Shown here piece by piece: positions 1-9,398 of a stretch of 64,000 nt of DNA. The translations under genes and the position numbers were made by a program. Within the stretch, counting starts at the first letter, position 1. Each line of letters opens with the position of its first letter. The notes beneath the pieces were generated by a model. That model did not search any database. It worked only from the letters and a program-made list of their open reading frames with translations, and had not been told where the DNA came from. The stretch is from Candidatus Zixiibacteriota bacterium (GTDB lineage: Bacteria; Zixibacteria; MSB-5A5; GN15; FEB-12). The stretch is taken from assembly GCA_022571845.1 (NCBI GenBank), contig JACZXB010000005.1:83888-147887 (forward strand), written 5' to 3'.

Positions 1-1
1 T

Positions 2-1885
2 ACTTTTCTCATTCTACTATTTGCAGCAGTTGCAGTAAGGACTGCCTGGCTTTGCGATGATGCTTTCATTTCTTTCCGCGTAGTGGATAATTTTGTAAAC
101 GGATATGGCTTGGTCTGGAATACTGGTGAACGAGTTCAAGTTTTTACTAATCCGCTTTGGGTACTGGTTATTTCTTTCCTATATTTTTTTACTAGTGAAA
201 TTTATTTTACCAGCATCTTCCTATCTATTCTTCTAACTATTATTTCGCTAATAATCATTTCGTTCAGACTATCAGGTTCTTTTTTGGCGATTATTCTGGC
301 TATTACCGTACTCACATTATCTAAAAGCTTTACTGATTATACGACATCCGGGCTGGAAAATCCTATGACCTACCTCCTGATAACGTTATTTTACTGGCAA
401 TTCTTAAAATCCCGAAACGTCTTTGCAGATTTCTTGAAGCTTTGTTTCATTGCTTCCCTAATGAGTCTGAATCGAATGGACACCGTTCTTTTTTGCATTC
501 CCGCCTTGACATACTCATTTTTGAAGATGCCTTGGAAGAAGGGAATTCATGCCGCGCTTATCGGTTTTTCCCCGTTTATTGTCTGGGAGCTATTTGCAGT
601 AATTTATTACGGCTTTGCCTTGCCAAACACGTTCTATGCGAAGTTACAAAACGGAGTCCCGGCTAGCGAGCTAATCGTACAAGGAATTGTTTACTATTTG
701 GATTCCCTAAATTTGGATCCAATAACTTTGTTAATGATTGGATTCGGAATAGTTACAGCGATTTATACTCGTCGTACCAAGGAAATATTTTTGGCGGCCG
801 GCTTAGTGCTATATTTACTTTATATAGTTAGAATCGGGGGCGACTTTATGAGCGGGCGTTTTTTCGCAGTTCCACTATTGGGTTCTGTAATGCTATTTGT
901 AGCGTCAGGATACATTCGCCATCGCAACCATTTTCTTATTTGTTTGGTTATCTTTATCTTGGTCGGAATTTCTGCCCCAAGATCTCCTTTATTTAGCGAT
1001 AAAAGATATGGACTTGACTTAAAGGAAGCACCAACCGCTCAGGGTATTGTAGACGAGCGCGCTTTCTATTACAGGAAAACCGGTTTACTACTAGTCGGGC
1101 TGAGAAACGGATTCGAAAATCACAGCTGGTATTCATCAGGTAGAATTTTCGCGGAAAGCGGATCAAAACTTAAGGAGATATATTCGGTCGGATTGTTTGG
1201 TTTTGCAGCAGGACCACACGTTCATATCATCGACCTCAATGGTATATGCGACCCACTACTGAGCCGGTTGCCCGCACAGTTTCTCGAACGATGGCGGATT
1301 GGTCACTTCGGGAGAATAAGTCCGAGAGGTTACTCCGAGTCGATTCTCAGCTCAAAGAACTTGATTCAAAATGAATTCCTTTCAGAATATTATGGCATAT
1401 TGCATAAAATAACGTCCGGCGATGTTTTTGAAGGAGAACGAATAGCAGCAATATGGAACTTCAATATCGGGCGATATGATCACCTGGTTCAAAAATATAT
1501 GAAGAGTCCATTAGTAGTTAACTACCGCGAAATAAATACGCCCAAAGCAACGGGTACGCTGTGGAATGATGAATCAAATATTGTTCTCGGGCCAAGCGGA
1601 TTAAAAATTGTATTGGATAGTGTCAGCCATAGTGAACTGATCGAAGTTAGCGTTGACAATAATGACATATACAGGATTCAATTGCTTCATGACAGCATTA
1701 TTGTATATGAAGGATTAATAAAAGCGTACAGAATCCCAGGAGGAGGACTGCGAATAGATACCATTGTAGTCGACCCCGAAGCAGCTTCATTAGGTTACAA
1801 CGTTCTCACGATACAAGCCGGTGATGGTGATGGCAAATTTAGCGTTGGCCACGTCAAAATTATCGATCAAAAAGATGTATTGTAA
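2..1885 (+). CDS. Polytopic membrane protein, putative GT-C-fold glycosyltransferase (ArnT/PMT/arabinofuranosyltransferase-like); 5' end lies outside the window
   Basis: The frame is open from nt 2 to the GTG at 83 (TFLILLFAAVAVRTAWLCDDAFISFRV...), so the listed start at 83 is a window-edge artefact. It has a W..DDAFISFR loop motif, many hydrophobic helices and a ~200-aa soluble C-terminal domain. Confidence 0.5.
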   Translation, partial: TFLILLFAAVAVRTAWLCDDAFISFRVVDNFVNGYGLVWNTGERVQVFTNPLWVLVISFLYFFTSEIYFTSIFLSILLTIISLIIISFRLSGSFLAIILAITVLTLSKSFTDYTTSGLENPMTYLLITLFYWQFLKSRNVFADFLKLCFIASLMSLNRMDTVLFCIPALTYSFLKMPWKKGIHAALIGFSPFIVWELFAVIYYGFALPNTFYAKLQNGVPASELIVQGIVYYLDSLNLDPITLLMIGFGIVTAIYTRRTKEIFLAAGLVLYLLYIVRIGGDFMSGRFFAVPLLGSVMLFVASGYIRHRNHFLICLVIFILVGISAPRSPLFSDKRYGLDLKEAPTAQGIVDERAFYYRKTGLLLVGLRNGFENHSWYSSGRIFAESGSKLKEIYSVGLFGFAAGPHVHIIDLNGICDPLLSRLPAQFLERWRIGHFGRISPRGYSESILSSKNLIQNEFLSEYYGILHKITSGDVFEGERIAAIWNFNIGRYDHLVQKYMKSPLVVNYREINTPKATGTLWNDESNIVLGPSGLKIVLDSVSHSELIEVSVDNNDIYRIQLLHDSIIVYEGLIKAYRIPGGGLRIDTIVVDPEAASLGYNVLTIQAGDGDGKFSVGHVKIIDQKDVL

Positions 1886-1887
1886 AG

Positions 1888-3003
1888 ATGTATTACGCCA
1901 CTAAGATTAACAGTACATTGCTAAGATATGAGAGAAAAATTGGAAGACATGGGACGGCTCTACTCGTCGCTATCTTACTTTTGATTCTGGCTGCCATATA
2001 TGTCAGGCCAGCGCTGGAAACGGTCACAATGGGGAGGGCATACTCTGCCTTATCTGTTGATCCGTTTAGCGAGGAACCGAATAATATTGGATACAGAATC
2101 CTGACTCCATTGATTAGTTATGCACTTGGCCTGAAAGGCGAACTGATAATAGTTACTAATCTTCTATTTGCCTGGACATTTTTGGCGGCAGTTTATCTCT
2201 ATATTAGAGCTTCTTATATCTCCGCTGCCGAAGCTGTTTTTGGGACTGCCGCCTTTACTTTTTCACTTGTTACTCTGACGACGATTTACTATGGCGGCTA
2301 TTGCGACTCTGCAACTTACTTAATAATTCTTGGAATGTGGATCTTGCGGTCAAATTCGAAAGTTTTTTATATTTTATTGTTTCTTGGACTGCTTAACCGC
2401 GAATCAATAATCTTTTTGCTGCCATGGTTCATTTTCTTAGGTTTTTCAGAAGCTGATAACAAACTTCGGACGGGGGCAAAAATGCTTTTGGGCTATGGAC
2501 TCGTATTTGTCCTCTACTACTTATTTAGAATGTGGGTGTCATCTTTCAGGCCAGTCGGGCTTGACTTTGAATACTATTTCGGACCAATATTAGAAAATCC
2601 TTTAGCGTACTTTAACAAGTCTTACGGCTATCAGGGACTGGGATATTTTACTGTCTTTAAGGCCACCTGGATTTTTGTATTTGCTGCTGCTCTATCTTTT
2701 TGGAATAAACGTATGACCAGACCATTGATAGAAATATTTTTGATTCTCTTTTTTGTCTGGACACAGATGTTTATCGCCTGGGATTCATCTCGAATGCTGA
2801 CATTGGCTTTTCCGGTGATGCTGATTTCACTATTGCATCTCTTTAAGACTAATCCATATAACTTTCGAAATTGGGGCTATCTGGTCTTATTTTTTAATCT
2901 AATTATTCCACAAATGTATACGGCTGCTCATATAATTGAATTCATGAGGTCAATTGCTTACATTTCGGTATCATTGTTCTTTGCAGTGGGAAATATATGG
3001 TGA
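1888..3003 (+). CDS. Polytopic integral membrane protein, function unknown
   Basis: 371-aa ORF with about 9-10 hydrophobic segments. It starts 3 nt after the upstream stop and overlaps the downstream start by 7 nt, which suggests an operon with the flanking GT-C-like genes. Confidence 0.5.
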   Translation: MYYATKINSTLLRYERKIGRHGTALLVAILLLILAAIYVRPALETVTMGRAYSALSVDPFSEEPNNIGYRILTPLISYALGLKGELIIVTNLLFAWTFLAAVYLYIRASYISAAEAVFGTAAFTFSLVTLTTIYYGGYCDSATYLIILGMWILRSNSKVFYILLFLGLLNRESIIFLLPWFIFLGFSEADNKLRTGAKMLLGYGLVFVLYYLFRMWVSSFRPVGLDFEYYFGPILENPLAYFNKSYGYQGLGYFTVFKATWIFVFAAALSFWNKRMTRPLIEIFLILFFVWTQMFIAWDSSRMLTLAFPVMLISLLHLFKTNPYNFRNWGYLVLFFNLIIPQMYTAAHIIEFMRSIAYISVSLFFAVGNIW

Positions 3004-5312
3004 GAAGATCGTTCATATTTAGAATATTATCAGAGATTTCGCTGGAAAGAATCTTTGGTATAGCTTACCTAATTTTTGGCGTTCTGCTATTATCATATTC
3101 GCATCCAACCAAAGCATCCAGTGAGGATTTGCTTATTACAGACCTGATGTGGCTCGATGCCTGGTCGCTGGCTTTTTTTCTGGCGCTAATAACGTATTGG
3201 AAATGTTCCTCCTCGAATTCCAACAAGTCCCTGGTTAGTTTGCTCTATTTGTCATTGTATCTGATTGTCGCCAACAATCTAATCTTAGATGGTACTGCTT
3301 ACTATTTATATGGTTACAGCGGGGATCAGAAATTCAGGCAGGCGATGGTGCTTAAGTTTATGACCTCTTTCTCACTTTCAGATTTCTATTACAAGGATTT
3401 GCCTGCTTTTTATCCGCCGTTGTACTATTACTTGCAAGCCATATTTGCCAGGATATTTTCGATCGAAGCCTACAAAATGGCGAAGATTGGACAGATTCTA
3501 ATCTTTGCTTTTTTCCCTATAATTTTATATTACTTCTGGCGTAAAATTGTTTCACCTATGCAGGCAGTAATTATCACCTTTCTGGCATTTCTATATTGCA
3601 ACTATAGCAACGCCAGTCAATTTTTTTCGCCTCATACATTTCTGGCCTACGCCTTGTTCATCCCCTGGTGGTTTATCTACGTTGAGCCGGTTAAAGCCCA
3701 GCAGAAAACAGCCAAGTATTACATAATCGGCGGGATTATTGGAGCACTGATTTTCTTAACCTACTTTTATGTATTTGCTATTGGATTCTTTTACATCCTG
3801 CTTAAGTTAATTTCCGAGAAGTGGCTCATGTCTAAAAGTCACATGAAATGGCCAGATATTAAGAACCCGGTTTATGTCCTGGGGCTAACTGCCATATTTA
3901 GTGCTGTCTATTGGCTACCACTCCTGATTTCGATAATGTCAAACGGCGCTGACCGAAGTCGCGGTGGCTGGTATCATATTGGCTATCCGGGCATTAGTTT
4001 TCAATTTTTACAGTTCTCATTAACTGGAATCGTATTACTTGCAGGAATCATTTATCTGCTCAGGCGCCTGAACAAACGTTTGAATCGCGGTCTGGCCTTA
4101 TTTGTGGCTAGTGTCATCATGTTTCACCTGGTCGGCTCTGTATCAGGCGCGTTGGGAGTTTCTCTCAACATTACTAAATCCACAAACATCTTTTTTGTTC
4201 AGCTGGCAGCACCGATAATTGGGTTGATGATAGCATCATTTTGCAGACGCGATAGAGTGGGCAGGAAAAAATCTATCATCTCATTCGCTGCAATGTGTGT
4301 TCTCCTGTTGCTTCTCCTAAATAATATTAATGGGATTGCAAAATCAGAAGGGGCAAAGAGAGCCAGAACTTCAGTGCCCACCTGGAATACTAACAGCCAA
4401 GAGATGAAAGATAGAAGCGGAGAGGTGTTCTTGCTGGGTGATCCGGCGGTTCCCTCATTTTATCCCGTCTATTCGTTTTTGAATACGAATGAACATTATG
4501 CTCATCCCGCGTCAAGATATTTCAGCAGATATTTATTTCTTAATCATTTACAGTTAATCAAAGACCCGTACTTGTTCAATATAGCTTTACGTTACAATAA
4601 ATTTGACAGGGTCGATTATTTTATGCCGTTTAAACGCGATGGCAAGTTTGTCTATCAGGCATCATTGAGCAATTATCCAAATAGGTCCTACCTGAAAAAT
4701 CTAAAATTCGATCTGTCGGTTGTTGCTGATTCCAATTTGTTTTCTAAGCAGCAGGGCGCGCATCTCTACAAAGTTAAAGATCCCAATGAGCCTGCTGGTA
4801 AATTCTCTATGTTTGAATCTATACAGAACAGGTTGGATAGTCTGAAGACTTTGACTACTCTCAGAGGCTTGATCAGCAACTTAAGCATTGAGGGGCAGCG
4901 ACTGGCAGAAAAGCGTTTGGGTGCAGACTGGTCACAGTGGACAGAAATGAGAATTCCAGAAAATGGACATAAGTATTCAGACAGCGTCACGATGATATCC
5001 GGATACATAGTAGAAGATAGTGATAGTCTATATTTCTTGTTTTCTTATTTATGCAGAGCGGACTTAAAAAAATCCTACAAGATTTATCTTCATATATTTG
5101 ATAGTACAGGAGTAATGCATAATTATGATTTTGTTCCGTCTATTTCCACAAGTAACTGGAAAAAGTGGGACGTATTAGTTTGTGGGCGGGCTGTTCCCAA
5201 AGCTCATGGTGATTTCGAATATTTTGCCGGGCTATTTTCTAAGGAATTCAAATTGGGGCAGCCACATAGAGGGTGGTGGCAGAGTTTACAATTACCAGCC
5301 GCCAGAGAATAA
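2997..5312 (+). CDS. Large polytopic membrane protein with soluble C-terminal domain, putative GT-C glycosyltransferase
   Basis: 771 aa. The N-terminal ~450 aa are strongly hydrophobic and include the loop DLPAFYPPLYYYL. The C-terminal ~300 aa are hydrophilic. Confidence 0.45.
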   Translation: MVRRSFIFRILSEISLERIFGIAYLIFGVLLLSYSHPTKASSEDLLITDLMWLDAWSLAFFLALITYWKCSSSNSNKSLVSLLYLSLYLIVANNLILDGTAYYLYGYSGDQKFRQAMVLKFMTSFSLSDFYYKDLPAFYPPLYYYLQAIFARIFSIEAYKMAKIGQILIFAFFPIILYYFWRKIVSPMQAVIITFLAFLYCNYSNASQFFSPHTFLAYALFIPWWFIYVEPVKAQQKTAKYYIIGGIIGALIFLTYFYVFAIGFFYILLKLISEKWLMSKSHMKWPDIKNPVYVLGLTAIFSAVYWLPLLISIMSNGADRSRGGWYHIGYPGISFQFLQFSLTGIVLLAGIIYLLRRLNKRLNRGLALFVASVIMFHLVGSVSGALGVSLNITKSTNIFFVQLAAPIIGLMIASFCRRDRVGRKKSIISFAAMCVLLLLLLNNINGIAKSEGAKRARTSVPTWNTNSQEMKDRSGEVFLLGDPAVPSFYPVYSFLNTNEHYAHPASRYFSRYLFLNHLQLIKDPYLFNIALRYNKFDRVDYFMPFKRDGKFVYQASLSNYPNRSYLKNLKFDLSVVADSNLFSKQQGAHLYKVKDPNEPAGKFSMFESIQNRLDSLKTLTTLRGLISNLSIEGQRLAEKRLGADWSQWTEMRIPENGHKYSDSVTMISGYIVEDSDSLYFLFSYLCRADLKKSYKIYLHIFDSTGVMHNYDFVPSISTSNWKKWDVLVCGRAVPKAHGDFEYFAGLFSKEFKLGQPHRGWWQSLQLPAARE

Positions 5313-5365
5313 ACTTTCTTGCTTTCGAGCTGTTTTGGGGATAGTTTGCAAACCTATTAAATGAT

Positions 5366-5449
5366 GCCGAAGTGGTGAAATTGGTATACGCGCTGCGTTC
5401 AGGGCGCAGTGTTCGCAAGGACATGGGGGTTCGAGTCCCCCCTTCGGCA
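5366..5449 (+). tRNA. tRNA-Leu (anticodon CAG), class II with long variable arm, no encoded CCA
   Basis: Cloverleaf read by eye: acceptor GCCGAAG/CTTCGGC; anticodon stem CTGCG/CGCAG with loop TTCAGGG; variable arm TGTTCGCAAGGACAT; T-arm GGGGG-TTCGAGT-CCCCC; discriminator A. Confidence 0.9.
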
Positions 5450-5459
5450 TTAGATTATT
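5436..5459. repeat. attL-type direct repeat (last 14 nt of tRNA-Leu plus 10 nt downstream)
   Basis: TCCCCCCTTCGGCATTAGATTATT is identical 24/24 to 30300-30323. Confidence 0.85.
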
Positions 5460-5481
5460 CTGACTTCCCCCATCTTATTGC

Positions 5482-5510
5482 TTGACAGTCCTTTAGATTC
5501 TCCATACATT
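5482..5510 (+). promoter_or_regulatory. Candidate sigma70-type promoter upstream of integrase
   Basis: TTGACA (5482-5487), 17-nt spacer, TACATT (5505-5510), about 50 nt upstream of the int ATG. Confidence 0.3.
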
Positions 5511-5522
5511 TCCGATATGATG

Positions 5523-5541
5523 CTTGTGACTAACTTGTGAC
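5523..5541 (+). repeat. Tandem CTTGTGAC repeat in 11-bp register, candidate integrase arm-type site
   Basis: CTTGTGAC occurs at 5523-5530 and 5534-5541. The same TTGTGAC core is repeated in the same 11-bp register near the other island end (30148-30168). Confidence 0.45.
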
Positions 5542-5558
5542 GAAAGAGTGTCTGGAAT

Positions 5559-6665
5559 ATGGGAATTGTTTATAAGAGAGGAAAGAATTGGTACATCGAT
5601 GTAATGTCGAAGGGAAGACGAATACGCAAACGCGTCGGTCCGTCGAAGAGAGTAGCCGAGCTTGCTCTCAAGGATGCCGAAGTCAAGATCGCGCGTGACC
5701 GATTTGGATTCAGCAAGAACGATATTACTCTTGATAAGATGTTCGAGCTATTTCTTGAATACTCGAAAACAAGCCATCGCCCTAAGACAACGGAACGATA
5801 TGGTAATGTCATTGACAACTTTCAAGGCTTTCTGCTTAGCGTAAAAAATGTATCGTACTTATCAGAAATAACAGTGCAGTTAATGGATCAGTACAAAGGC
5901 TATCGTAAGACGTCCAACGGAAATGGAGCTTCAGATCATGTTAAGGGAATGGTTGTAACAAATGGAACTAACGGTAAGGCGGCCAAAGCAAGAACGATTA
6001 ATTTTGAACTTGATACTCTTCGCTTGATTTTCAATCTGGCTATCAAGTGGAGCTATCTGACCGACAACCCTGTGAAGGGTGTAACAAGGCTGAAAGAGGA
6101 CGATTCTGGTACGCCAAGGTTCTTGACCAAAGCTGAGTGCAAACGATTTCTTGACGCCTGCCCGAAGTATCTTCAACCGATCTATTTCACTTTCCTGAAC
6201 ACAGGGATGAGAAAAGCTGAATTGGAATACCTGACCTGGGCAGATGTAGACTTCGACAGAAAAGTCATTCATGTTAGGGCAAAAGAAAGCTGGAATCCAA
6301 AGACAGGCGAACGCCAGATACCGATGAACAAAGAATTAGTCAAAGTCCTGACCGACCTCAAAAAGAGTGAAGGGGAAGTTAAGAGTAAAGATTACGTCTT
6401 CGAAATCACCCATTATTCAAATTCACATAACATGCTTCGCAATGAATTGATCAAAATCGCCAAAGCTGCTGAAATCGAAAACCTGACCAAGGTACATACT
6501 CTCCGTCATACTTTTGCCAGCCACTTAGTGATGAGTGGAGTGGACCTGCCAACTGTTTCTAAACTAATGGGACATACTGATATTGAAACAACTATGATCT
6601 ATGCACATCTGGCACCAGAACATCTGGCCGATGCGGTAAGTAAACTATCATTTTTAGAACCCTAA
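5559..6665 (+). CDS. int: Tyrosine recombinase / phage-type integrase
   Basis: 368 aa. The C-terminal catalytic region HTLRHTFASHLVMSGVDLPTVSKLMGHTDIETTMIYAHL carries the HxxR...Y signature. The gene sits directly next to the tRNA gene and the att repeat. Confidence 0.9.
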   Translation: MGIVYKRGKNWYIDVMSKGRRIRKRVGPSKRVAELALKDAEVKIARDRFGFSKNDITLDKMFELFLEYSKTSHRPKTTERYGNVIDNFQGFLLSVKNVSYLSEITVQLMDQYKGYRKTSNGNGASDHVKGMVVTNGTNGKAAKARTINFELDTLRLIFNLAIKWSYLTDNPVKGVTRLKEDDSGTPRFLTKAECKRFLDACPKYLQPIYFTFLNTGMRKAELEYLTWADVDFDRKVIHVRAKESWNPKTGERQIPMNKELVKVLTDLKKSEGEVKSKDYVFEITHYSNSHNMLRNELIKIAKAAEIENLTKVHTLRHTFASHLVMSGVDLPTVSKLMGHTDIETTMIYAHLAPEHLADAVSKLSFLEP

Positions 6666-6866
6666 GTCACCTATATTTATCTGTTGAGCATTTCGACCTT
6701 TTCGAACACTCTTATTCACCCACTTTTCTATATCCATGGATCTAAATCTAACCAACTTTCCGATCTTAACGTGTGGTATAAATCCCCGGTGAATCCACTG
6801 GTAGATAGTAGACTGCTGGACACATAGCAATCCAGCGACTTCTTCTGTTGTCAAAAGCTTATCCAT
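6654..6866 (-). CDS. xis: Excisionase-family / AlpA-like helix-turn-helix DNA-binding protein
   Basis: 70 aa; LLTTEEVAGLLCVQQSTIYQWIHRGFIPHVKIGKLVRF is the typical excisionase HTH pattern. Convergent with int. Confidence 0.7.
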   Translation of the reverse strand: MDKLLTTEEVAGLLCVQQSTIYQWIHRGFIPHVKIGKLVRFRSMDIEKWVNKSVRKGRNAQQINIGDLGF

Positions 6867-7234
6867 TGATCAGCACATACCCCACCGGGGGGAGAAAATC
6901 CGAACCAAATTTGTAATATGGAACCTTGCTTCGACAGAATTTACTTAGCCAATTTTTTGCAAAAATTTTTCGGAAATTAGGCGAAGGGCATAAGGAGAGC
7001 GGAGTATAACGCCACCCTCCCCGTTGGTTTATAGAATATAAGTACCAAACATGGCAAGAGATTTTACGCAATTGCCATTGCCATTTATTATTTTCCTTCC
7101 ATTCGAAAGTTCTCTTTATGTTTAACTTGGACAGTAATTTAAGAGAAGGGAAAGTTGGTAGTTGGTTAAAGGTTAATAGTATAAGGTTTAAAGTTAATAG
7201 TTCTAAGTTAAGAGCTAGGGATTTATTTATAGGT

Positions 7235-7705
7235 CTAAGTTTCATCAGAAACTCCAGTTGATGCTTCTATTATTCCCCTTACAACTGAATATTGCATAAA
7301 ATCTGGCATTATCTTATTCGTGTCTTGGTATCTTCTATGAGTATCTCGTACCAAGACTTTATACATTTTCTTTATGAATATCTTTTTACTCAGTCGCTCA
7401 CCCTTATAGAGGGTCCTCCCGAGGGCAAGTGACATTTGTTTATGAAGCTTGTGTCTTTCACGAAGTTTGTAGTTTGGCTTGGGGCAACACATAAACAATT
7501 CAGTTCCATCATATTCTCCGCCGCAAATCCTGAAATTCAAGTAGACTTTCCACGCCCCACCCTGGCTCTGCTTGATATTCATGTCGAAACAAACTGCGTC
7601 ATAAGTACCCAAAGGAATCCGGGGACGAGGTTCTTCGGCAACTACTTCTTCTCTTCGCTCTTTTTGATGACCCTTTTGCTTATATGGCTTTGAATTGTTC
7701 AACAT
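7235..7705 (-). CDS. Hypothetical island protein
   Basis: 156-aa ORF with a basic N-terminus and no motif I recognise. It overlaps the upstream gene by 7 nt. Confidence 0.4.
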   Translation of the reverse strand: MLNNSKPYKQKGHQKERREEVVAEEPRPRIPLGTYDAVCFDMNIKQSQGGAWKVYLNFRICGGEYDGTELFMCCPKPNYKLRERHKLHKQMSLALGRTLYKGERLSKKIFIKKMYKVLVRDTHRRYQDTNKIMPDFMQYSVVRGIIEASTGVSDET

Positions 7706-8055
7706 TTGCTTTTCTCCGCTGGGCGACGAAAAAGACTACTTAACGATATTTTACTCTGTGCCAATTTTTCATCGCTCACAGACGAATTCGATTCTTGTAA
7801 GTTGTTGTCTTTCAATACCGGTTTTGTATCAGGAATTTGGGTCAGTGACTCAAAATACTGGGTCAGAAGTTTAATTGCACGGTTGTAGCATATTTCAGGT
7901 ATTATCACATCGTATTCTCTGGTGCCATCTGGCATATGGTAAGTGCCACCGTAGCGAGCATCTTTCCATCTAATCATCTGTTTGTATATCTCTCGGGTAG
8001 GACAATGCACTTTATATTTGCCGTCGAAACATTTCCAAATATCTATTTCTGTCAA
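7699..8055 (-). CDS. Hypothetical island protein
   Basis: 118-aa ORF, first gene of a minus-strand pair diverging from the 1.3-kb non-coding region. Confidence 0.4.
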   Translation of the reverse strand: MTEIDIWKCFDGKYKVHCPTREIYKQMIRWKDARYGGTYHMPDGTREYDVIIPEICYNRAIKLLTQYFESLTQIPDTKPVLKDNNLQESNSSVSDEKLAQSKISLSSLFRRPAEKSKC

Positions 8056-9398
8056 AACGATTCTCCTTGAAATGAATACGGACAGCTAAATCCTTAGTTT
8101 TATTGATCTGCTTACCGTTGTTCTCACCTTCCTTATTTATTTCACAGAATCAATTAAATAGACGAAAATCCTTTTACAAATTTTTTTTGTATATTATCTT
8201 GATTTATTTTTTATTCTGTTGTGCCGCAAGCTTTTGCGGTGTCGCACTTTACAAAAGTAAAGTATGGTTTTTGGAAACTGGATAGACGTATCCATTCGCT
8301 ACGATTTGTAACGTTATGTAATTAAACGGGATATACTGGTCTAACTTGTCATTTACAAATAAACAGCAAACATCTCAACAAATTAAATTCATAACACAAA
8401 TGGAGGAAAGCACTTCGGTGAAAATCCTAAACGCCAGAACAAACAATGCCAATTATTGAATTTCTTAGACTAAATAAAACTAAGAACCAAATTCTGGACT
8501 CATCCAGAGAGAGAACAAGAAGATAGTAGCTTGGCGCAGTGTGCTAACAACAAATAATAGTAAGAAAAAATTGATGTGTGACATTCCAAATCAGACGTCA
8601 ATGTGAAATAACTATCTTGAGAGTAATTTGGTCTTCCCCCGTAATGCCATGTTATTCATTGAGTTAGCATGTCCAGGCTTGACAATGCGACAATTTATGA
8701 TTATATTATAATATAGATAGGTGGGGATAACGAAATGAGCCTGATTATTCTCAAAAAGAAGTCGAATCACCCGTTTTTTAGTCTAAAAACACCCCAAACA
8801 GTGGCGAAATTATACATTCAAACATATTCTTAAATTCTTTCTCTGCAAAGCGTTACGTGGACTATAAAGGCCAAATGACAGCCTATGCCTTGTCTCGTTT
8901 CGTCTCCTCAAGGACTCCGACCACCGTAATACATCTATAATAGAGAGAGTATCCCGCCTACTTAATCATCTTTCGACTTAACAAATTGTCTTAATTTGTT
9001 ATCTGAATAGAGTTATGTGACAATTTGGCTGACAAAGTGCAACGAATGTTGCAAATTTGCACCCCACCTGCCCCCCAGCTGTTACAGTGACCATCGCTAT
9101 GCTGTATATGAAGGGAAAGTATCCCATTCTATTTTTGTGTATGTATAGATATTTTCTGGCAAAATTTCAGAAATACCTAATCCCGCTTTTTCGTTGCGCA
9201 TCAGCAACTTACAGTACATATTAGGACTAATTGCATTCTCGGTTGCCGAAAACAGAGCATAAAAGCAAGGGGAAATAAATAATTAGCGACTCAAAGGATA
9301 AGAAGTTTCTTCCAGAATTCGAATTTCGTCCCGGTGACTTTCCTAAGTCGACTGATTTTGAGCCAATCGGGCTGATATTAGGGAATGGTTCTCCCGCT

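Noticed and set aside
6859-7245. 128-aa minus-strand ORF
   Set aside because: The translation is low-complexity (LALNLELLTLNLILLTF...) and overlies the GTTAA-rich repeat DNA. It is more likely non-coding regulatory sequence.
8103-8285. 60-aa ORF in the 1.3-kb intergenic region
   Set aside because: The translation is low-complexity and Phe/Leu/Ile-rich, from AT-rich DNA. There is no ribosome-binding site or recognisable motif.
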